Shown: positions 58,135 through 64,000 of the stretch, in pieces
How the letters are laid out: each line of letters starts with the position of its first letter
How positions within the stretch are numbered: position 1 is the stretch's first letter
From: an uncultured Actinomycetes bacterium
GTDB lineage: Bacteria > Actinomycetota > UBA4738 > HRBIN12
Assembly (NCBI GenBank): GCA_963704885.1
Contig: CAVPIB010000004.1
Coordinates: forward strand, 896,001 to 960,000
Direction of reading: 5' to 3'
Length of the DNA: 64,000 nucleotides
The notes under the pieces: model-generated
Databases searched by the model: none
The model's input: only the letters and a program-made list of their open reading frames with translations
What the model was told of the DNA's origin: nothing
Program-made: the position numbers and the translations under genes

Positions 58135-59823
58135 TCACCGAGCGACGAAGTCAGCGCCTGCGTCCAAGTACTCCGGAGGGCGGCGTGCCTGAACCGCCTG
58201 CTCGAACGCATACGCGAACCGCAGCAGCCTCGGTTCCTGCCAGGCGCGGCCGAGGAACGAGATGCCGATGGGCAGCTCGCCGATGAATACCGCGGGCACG
58301 GTCAGGTGCGGATACCCCGCTGCGTTCGAGGGCCCGGCGGCACCGTTGCCCAGGTAGGAATCTCCGTCGATCAGGTCGATCGGCCACGCGCGGACGAACG
58401 TCGGGGCCACGATCGCATCGAGCCGGTGCCGACGCATCACGTCGGCGAAGTCCGCTCGCGCCACGCGCTGCGACCGGCGGAGCGCTCGCAAATACTCGGG
58501 GTTCGGGAGTGGGGCGGAATCGACCGAACCCTCGAGGAGGGCCTGGTTGTGCCACTGTAGTTCCTCGTCATGGTTCGCCTCGTTGAAGGCGACGACGTCG
58601 GCAAGCGTGCGGATCTCGGTGTTCGAGAGCCCGGACATGTAGCGACCGACGCCTTGTTCGAACTCGGAGAACATCACCGACACGTGGTCGCCCGTCGCGG
58701 CCATCCAGTTCGGGAGGTCCACAGGGTCGAATAACGTCGCGCCCAGCTCACGGAACACCGGAAGCACGCCTTCGAAGCGCCTGGAGATCGCGTCGTCCTT
58801 CCAGAGGTCGTGTCGGCGCCAAACGCCGATCCGAGCGCCACGCAGGCCGTCCTCGTCCAGGAAGCGCTGGTAGTCGGGCGGTGTGTGCCCCTCGCTGGCG
58901 GCCGTCAACGGATCGAGCGGATCGACACCGACCATCCCGTTCAACACGATCGCCAGATCGCTGACGGTTCGGGCCAGGGGTCCCATCACGTCCCGCGAGA
59001 ACGAGATGGGGATCGTGCCCGAGCGGCTGACCAGCCCAGTGGTGGGCTTCAACCCGACTACCCCGCAGAGCGATGACGGCATCACGATCGATCCATAGGT
59101 CTCCAGACCCACCGCTCCGGCGGCGAAGCTCGCCGCGACGGCCGCCGCCGATCCAGAGCTGGAGTCGCCCGTGCTGCAGTTCAACGCGTACGGGTTCCGT
59201 CCCACCCCCGCGCGAGCGCTCCAGCCGCCGCGAGTCGGCCACCCACGGAACGCGTTCCACTCGGACATGTTCGCCTTACCGAGGAGGATGGCCCCGGCCT
59301 CGCGGAGCCGCCTCGCCACGCCGGCGTCTCGCGGAACGGTCGATCCGACTAGGGCGAGCGAGCCCGCGGTCGTCTCCATGCGGTCCGCCGTGGCGATCAC
59401 GTCCTTCAGGACGATCGGGATGCCGTGCAGCGGTCCGCGGAGGTGTCCGTCCGCACGCTCCTGATCCAATTCGATCGCGATCGCCTCGGCGTCCGGGTTC
59501 ACCTCGATGATGGAGTTCACGCGCGGACCAGCCCAGTCCATCCCCTCGATCCGAGCGAGGTGGTCACGCGTGATCGACAGCGCCGTAGCCTCGCCCGAGG
59601 CCATCGCCGCTTGCATGTCCGCGATCGTCGCCTCGGTCCATGGGAACGATCCGCCGGGCACCGCCCTCGGACCCCCCGGTGTCCCGACTTCGGCTCTGGC
59701 CACGCCGGTCGCTCCGAGTGCCCCCGCCGCCGATGCCGTCGCTCCGACGACGGCTGAGTACTTGAGGAAGCTCCGCCGATCGATCCCCCGACTGGGAAGC
59801 CGACTCGTTCCATGATCGTTCAT
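58135..59823 (-). CDS. Tat-exported amidase signature family enzyme
   Basis: DRRSFLK, GPLHGIPIVLKD, GDSSSGS, ETYGS. Confidence 0.9.
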   Translation of the reverse strand: MNDHGTSRLPSRGIDRRSFLKYSAVVGATASAAGALGATGVARAEVGTPGGPRAVPGGSFPWTEATIADMQAAMASGEATALSITRDHLARIEGMDWAGPRVNSIIEVNPDAEAIAIELDQERADGHLRGPLHGIPIVLKDVIATADRMETTAGSLALVGSTVPRDAGVARRLREAGAILLGKANMSEWNAFRGWPTRGGWSARAGVGRNPYALNCSTGDSSSGSAAAVAASFAAGAVGLETYGSIVMPSSLCGVVGLKPTTGLVSRSGTIPISFSRDVMGPLARTVSDLAIVLNGMVGVDPLDPLTAASEGHTPPDYQRFLDEDGLRGARIGVWRRHDLWKDDAISRRFEGVLPVFRELGATLFDPVDLPNWMAATGDHVSVMFSEFEQGVGRYMSGLSNTEIRTLADVVAFNEANHDEELQWHNQALLEGSVDSAPLPNPEYLRALRRSQRVARADFADVMRRHRLDAIVAPTFVRAWPIDLIDGDSYLGNGAAGPSNAAGYPHLTVPAVFIGELPIGISFLGRAWQEPRLLRFAYAFEQAVQARRPPEYLDAGADFVAR

Positions 59824-59841
59824 AGCCTGGTCCTTTCGCTG

Positions 59842-60324
59842 CTACGGAGTCAGGTAGAGCGTCGCGACGAAATCACCGTCCTGAACCGTGAATGTGGAAT
59901 ACCCCCGCGCATTGGCGTAAGCGCCGGTGCCCCCGGTGACCGCGCCGGACTCGCCGCTGAAGCCCCGGAACATCCCCGTGATGACGACGGTTCCGCGCTC
60001 GGTGTGCGGACCAGGTTTGAGGATCATGATGTGGGTACAGGCCCACCCGAGTCTCGCGGCGTTCGCGTTGATGCACTCGCAGCGATGGGACCCCACTTCG
60101 TTGCCGTCCGTATCAAGGAGCGGCCCCTTGAACAGGTTGATGGTCGCGCTCCGCCTGCCCTGCGTGTCTCGGATGCGATAATCCGCCGCCGACACATCCC
60201 CGTGGATGAGCTCGATGACCCGAGGTTCGGTGATCTCGTCGCTGCCCCCGTAGGCGTTGCCGACCAACAAGCCGGACAGCAGCATCGCCGCCGTCAGCAC
60301 GGTGATACCGATGTTCCTTCGCAT
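59842..60324 (-). CDS. Secreted dirigent/allene-oxide-cyclase-like beta-barrel protein
   Basis: Signal peptide; AVTGGTGAYANARG motif; GGGAG RBS. Confidence 0.7.
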   Translation of the reverse strand: MRRNIGITVLTAAMLLSGLLVGNAYGGSDEITEPRVIELIHGDVSAADYRIRDTQGRRSATINLFKGPLLDTDGNEVGSHRCECINANAARLGWACTHIMILKPGPHTERGTVVITGMFRGFSGESGAVTGGTGAYANARGYSTFTVQDGDFVATLYLTP

Positions 60325-60365
60325 GCTCCCCTCCCTTTCGTTCGATCTGTTCCTAAAGGCCGCGA

Positions 60366-62291
60366 TCATGCGGCCGGACTGAACCCTTCGATGATCAACG
60401 TGTGATCATCGAGCCAGCTCGGATCAGCGCCCTCGCCCACCATCCGCTGCCGACCGAGACCGACGTCGACGAACTTGATGGGGTGCATGTAGAGCGTCTG
60501 GAATGCGACCTTCGTGCCGTCGGGTGACCACATCGGCCACAGAGCTTCCGTGTCGATCTGACTCATCGAGCAGCACGAATGGCCAACCGGGCGGGCGTGG
60601 GTCCCATCGGCGTCGACGAGCCAGATCGTCCCCGACGTCATCTCCGTCAGGTCGGATCCATCGAAGTCGGTCCTGCGGTAGGCGATCGTCGTCCCGTCCG
60701 GGGAATACGTTCCAAAGGCTCCGGTCAACAGGAAGGAACTCGGGCCCCCTGTCGACGGCACGGTGCGCAGGGTGAGTCGGTGTTCTCGGATCGCCGTGTA
60801 AAGGATGGTTTGCCCGTCGGCGCTGAAGTTGGGCGCCCAGATCTCGCGCCGTTCCTGGATGACGCGCGTGATGTCGCCGGTGGCGGTGTCGAGGAGGAAG
60901 GCCGAGGGACCCTCGCTGAACACGATCGTCGTCCCATCGGGCGACCAATCGGGGGCAGACACACCCCCTTGCGGTGCGAACCAACGGATGTGCGATCCGT
61001 CGACGTTCGCCACGAAGATCGCCTCCCCATCGTCGAACGCGAGCTTCGCGCCGTCGGGCGACACCCGGAAGTGGGCGACCCCGGCGATCGAGCGGATGCT
61101 CTTGGGCAGGCCCGTCGCCTTCCCGGTTCGCAGATCGACGAAGGAAACGTCTGCCAGGCCGAGGGCTTGCGGTTCCGGCAACGCCGCCATGAAGTAGGAG
61201 ACGATCAGGGTGCCCTCGTCGAGCCAGCTGGGCTCCTGCCCCGTCCCGGCGACCCACCGGTCGCCGGAAACCGCGTCGTAGACCCTCACGGAGCCATTCG
61301 GATAGCCATGGAACACACCGCCGCCGCACACGCAGGCGAGATGGGATCCGTCGGGAGACCACACCAGTCGTGTGTGCTCCCAGGTGAGGGCCGACGAGTA
61401 GTACCCGCCGCCGGCGGCCACCAGCCGCCTCCGCCGCGACCCGTCGGCGTCGGCGAGCCGGATCGCCGGCGTCCACCCCCACCAGCTGGACGCCGACTCC
61501 CTGGGTCGGGTCCGGTGATAGGCGATCGTGGTCCCATCCGGTGAGAAGGCGCCGTACGCGGCGTTCTCGATCAACAGCTCCGGCCTGCCACCGGCGGTCG
61601 GGACCGTCCACAGCCCTAGCCATCGACCATGCCCCCCCGTGGCGGTGAATAGGATGCGCCGGCCGTCGGGGCTGAAACTGGCGGTCGCCGCCCCGGCTTC
61701 CCGGAACTCCCGGCCAGACGAGAACGTGATCTGCCGTCGGGCTTGTGATGCCACATCCACGACGGACAGGTTCGTCCGGGCTGCCCTCGGGTTGTTCCAC
61801 TCGAAGACGAGCTCGGAGCCGTCCGGCGACCAACCGGGGTCGGACGCCGACCCCGGTCCCTGGGTCACCTGCCGCAATCCCGAGCCATCGATGCTCGACA
61901 CGAAGATCTGCCCCTCGGACGTGAACGCGAGCTCGGCACCGTCCGGTGAGACCTGGAAGTTCTGAGCACCGGCGACCGCGCGGAGCGCGCGCGGCAGCGG
62001 CCGGGTCCCGCCGTCGCGGACGTCGAGCAAGACCACGTTCTCGAGGTGTTGTACAGCGGGTGCGGCGGAAGAGGCCGAAGGAGCCGCCACCTCGGTGGGA
62101 GCGGCGGGCGACGCTTCCGTTCGATCGGATCCTTCGTCGCCCACCGACAGCACGCGGGCCAACCCGATCGCCAGCAGGACGGCGACACCGACCAACGCCA
62201 CGATGGATGCGGCCCAGAGGGCCCGGGTCTTGATCGGCCTGCGCGGCTCGCGATCGTCACGGCGCACGTGGGGCTCGAGATCCTGTTTCAT
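60366..62291 (-). CDS. Membrane-anchored TolB/PD40 double beta-propeller protein
   Basis: N-terminal TM; many (W/F)SPDG repeats; two homologous halves. Confidence 0.82.
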   Translation of the reverse strand: MKQDLEPHVRRDDREPRRPIKTRALWAASIVALVGVAVLLAIGLARVLSVGDEGSDRTEASPAAPTEVAAPSASSAAPAVQHLENVVLLDVRDGGTRPLPRALRAVAGAQNFQVSPDGAELAFTSEGQIFVSSIDGSGLRQVTQGPGSASDPGWSPDGSELVFEWNNPRAARTNLSVVDVASQARRQITFSSGREFREAGAATASFSPDGRRILFTATGGHGRWLGLWTVPTAGGRPELLIENAAYGAFSPDGTTIAYHRTRPRESASSWWGWTPAIRLADADGSRRRRLVAAGGGYYSSALTWEHTRLVWSPDGSHLACVCGGGVFHGYPNGSVRVYDAVSGDRWVAGTGQEPSWLDEGTLIVSYFMAALPEPQALGLADVSFVDLRTGKATGLPKSIRSIAGVAHFRVSPDGAKLAFDDGEAIFVANVDGSHIRWFAPQGGVSAPDWSPDGTTIVFSEGPSAFLLDTATGDITRVIQERREIWAPNFSADGQTILYTAIREHRLTLRTVPSTGGPSSFLLTGAFGTYSPDGTTIAYRRTDFDGSDLTEMTSGTIWLVDADGTHARPVGHSCCSMSQIDTEALWPMWSPDGTKVAFQTLYMHPIKFVDVGLGRQRMVGEGADPSWLDDHTLIIEGFSPAA

Positions 62292-62412
62292 GGCCTGGCC
62301 TCCTCGTTTCGTTCACGATCCTATCTCGAGGCCGAGGATGCTCCTGCGCCCCCAAGAGCCGCCTGAGCCGTGCGCAAGAACCACGCAAGCCAGGAGGCGG
62401 AGCCGGAAGGCG

Positions 62413-64000
62413 CTATGGGCAGGGATCGACGTGCAGGTACTGGCGGCACTCTTCTGACGTGAGCGACCGTGTGACGTTCGTTCGAGCGATCGCGAGCAGC
62501 TCGTCGATGTCGAGGGTCCAGACGCGCACACCGTCACAGTCCTGCGCCGCGAGGAGCGCGCCGTCGGGACTGAACGCGAGGCCGCCCCCGTAGCAGAACT
62601 CGTGCCCTAGATCCGGCGCCGGCGCAGGCAGCGTGAGACGCAGCTCCCGCGTGTCGGTGTCGTAGAGACGCACCTCCTGCCTCCCGATGACCGCCAGGGT
62701 CGACCCGTCGGGACTGAACGAGACGCGTCCCCTCGCTTCCTCGGGAAACGACCCCAAGAGCTGCGCGGATGCCACGTCCCAGATCCGGATGGGTCCATCC
62801 TCATCCTGCGTGACGATCCTTCCCCCGCGAGGATCGATCGCCACGCTGGTCGCGTGGGTGGGGAGAGTGGCGATCTCGGACCCGTCAGCACCGTCGAGCA
62901 CGACCACGACCCGATCCGGGTCTGCGTCGGCGCCGGCGATGGCGATGGTCCCGTCCGGACCAACCTCCAGGACTCCGATCGACAGCGGCTGCGCCCTCCG
63001 CCAGACCTCGCGACCGTCGAGTCCGACCAACGCGATGGAAGCCTGCGTGGGCGAGACGACGAGGTGGGCGCCATCGGGCGCCCAGGATGCGAACGCTGTC
63101 TCGATCGGAGGTCGGCTGACGCTCGTCCCTTCGACCAGGGCGAGGACCCCACCGCGACGCTGCTGGATGACCGATCCGTCGACCGGGTTCACCTCGAACG
63201 GGGCGATCGGCAACGTGAGGGAGAGTCCGAACGGGGTCGGCGCGGGCGCCCCCAGATCCCACGCGAGGAGGCCCGCCCCGGCCTTCCCATCGTCGGCGAC
63301 GATGATGAGTCGGCTCCCCGACGGCGTGAACTCGACCTGGCCCGACCAGATGGTCGGCAGCGACAGACCGGCCCGCTCCCCGTCGCCCACGGGGCGAACG
63401 TCCCAGATCCGGACGGCATCCGAGGCGGTCACGATCCGCTGACCGTCGGCGGTGAAAGCGACGTCCGTGACGGCGCCGGCGCCGGCGCCGCCGGCCGCGA
63501 GGAACGCCAGTGTCGATCGGAACTCGGTGGAACCGACCTCCCAGACCTTGGCGCTTCCGTCGATCGAGCCCGTGACCAGTCGCTCGCCGTCGGGGCTCCA
63601 GTCGGAGGTGATGACGGTGGCGTCGTGCTGCCAGGCGGTGTACAAGAGCTCCCCGGTCGTCGAATCCCAGACGTAGGCACTGCCCGATAGGAGACGACCA
63701 TCGGGACTCCATGACAGGGGGCCGTTGATCCCCCTGAAGGGCGGCGCTCTGAAAGCGACACCGCGACCACGGCCGATGGTGGGAACGATGCGGCCGCCAT
63801 CATCGCCGTTCCTCTCCACCATGACGATGGCGATGCGCGACCCGTCGGGACTGAGTGCCACGTGGTCGTAGTGGTTCAGGCCATCGAACGTCCTGACCAC
63901 TCGCAACGTCCTGACCACTCGCCCGGTATCGGCGCGAGCCACAACGACTCGGCCGGCCGACGGCCAGCGCGCCGCCACCAGCGAACCCTGCACGTCGAGT
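62413..64000 (-). CDS. WD40 repeat protein, C-terminal part (5' end beyond window)
   Basis: FSPDG repeats, GSIDGSAKVW; C-terminal TRSLTSEECRQYL as seen in STAND-WD40 proteins. Confidence 0.85.
   Translation of the reverse strand, partial: LDVQGSLVAARWPSAGRVVVARADTGRVVRTLRVVRTFDGLNHYDHVALSPDGSRIAIVMVERNGDDGGRIVPTIGRGRGVAFRAPPFRGINGPLSWSPDGRLLSGSAYVWDSTTGELLYTAWQHDATVITSDWSPDGERLVTGSIDGSAKVWEVGSTEFRSTLAFLAAGGAGAGAVTDVAFTADGQRIVTASDAVRIWDVRPVGDGERAGLSLPTIWSGQVEFTPSGSRLIIVADDGKAGAGLLAWDLGAPAPTPFGLSLTLPIAPFEVNPVDGSVIQQRRGGVLALVEGTSVSRPPIETAFASWAPDGAHLVVSPTQASIALVGLDGREVWRRAQPLSIGVLEVGPDGTIAIAGADADPDRVVVVLDGADGSEIATLPTHATSVAIDPRGGRIVTQDEDGPIRIWDVASAQLLGSFPEEARGRVSFSPDGSTLAVIGRQEVRLYDTDTRELRLTLPAPAPDLGHEFCYGGGLAFSPDGALLAAQDCDGVRVWTLDIDELLAIARTNVTRSLTSEECRQYLHVDPCP
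63887..63922. repeat. 18-nt tandem duplication (AACGTCCTGACCACTCGC x2)
   Basis: Encodes RVVRTL-RVVRTF in the WD40 gene. Confidence 0.75.

Overview
High-GC (roughly 68-70% by eye) bacterial chromosomal window. Gene content (Pmt, DUF3052, ECF42/DGPF pair, G5/RlpA protein, CoxDE) and the pth-rplY-prs-glmU-tRNA-Gln-ispE-rsmA-tatD-metG-rsmI order suggest Actinomycetota, probably a deep-branching lineage; this is inferred, not proven. A parS-like site suggests an origin-proximal position. After the housekeeping block (1-13 kb) come hydrolases, a structured intergenic region with three palindromic operators (about 15.1-15.4 kb), and a galactoside/galactosamine-type sugar locus (21.8-33.2 kb). The most notable feature is a nitrous-oxide-reductase cluster at 36.8-43.6 kb, lying between glcDE and glcF. 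It comprises a Tat-signal, clade II-like nosZ, a blue-copper lipoprotein, nosB, a membrane-anchored His-rich nosD, nosF, nosY and an Fe-S-type Rrf2 regulator. It has no nosL, nosR or c-type cytochrome. The rest holds CoxDE, MscS, ECF42, a divergent FolD, a deletion scar, tryptophanase and secreted/beta-propeller proteins. Two genes carry single-base frameshifts that may be sequencing errors. No CRISPR array, rRNA, integrase or transposase was seen.
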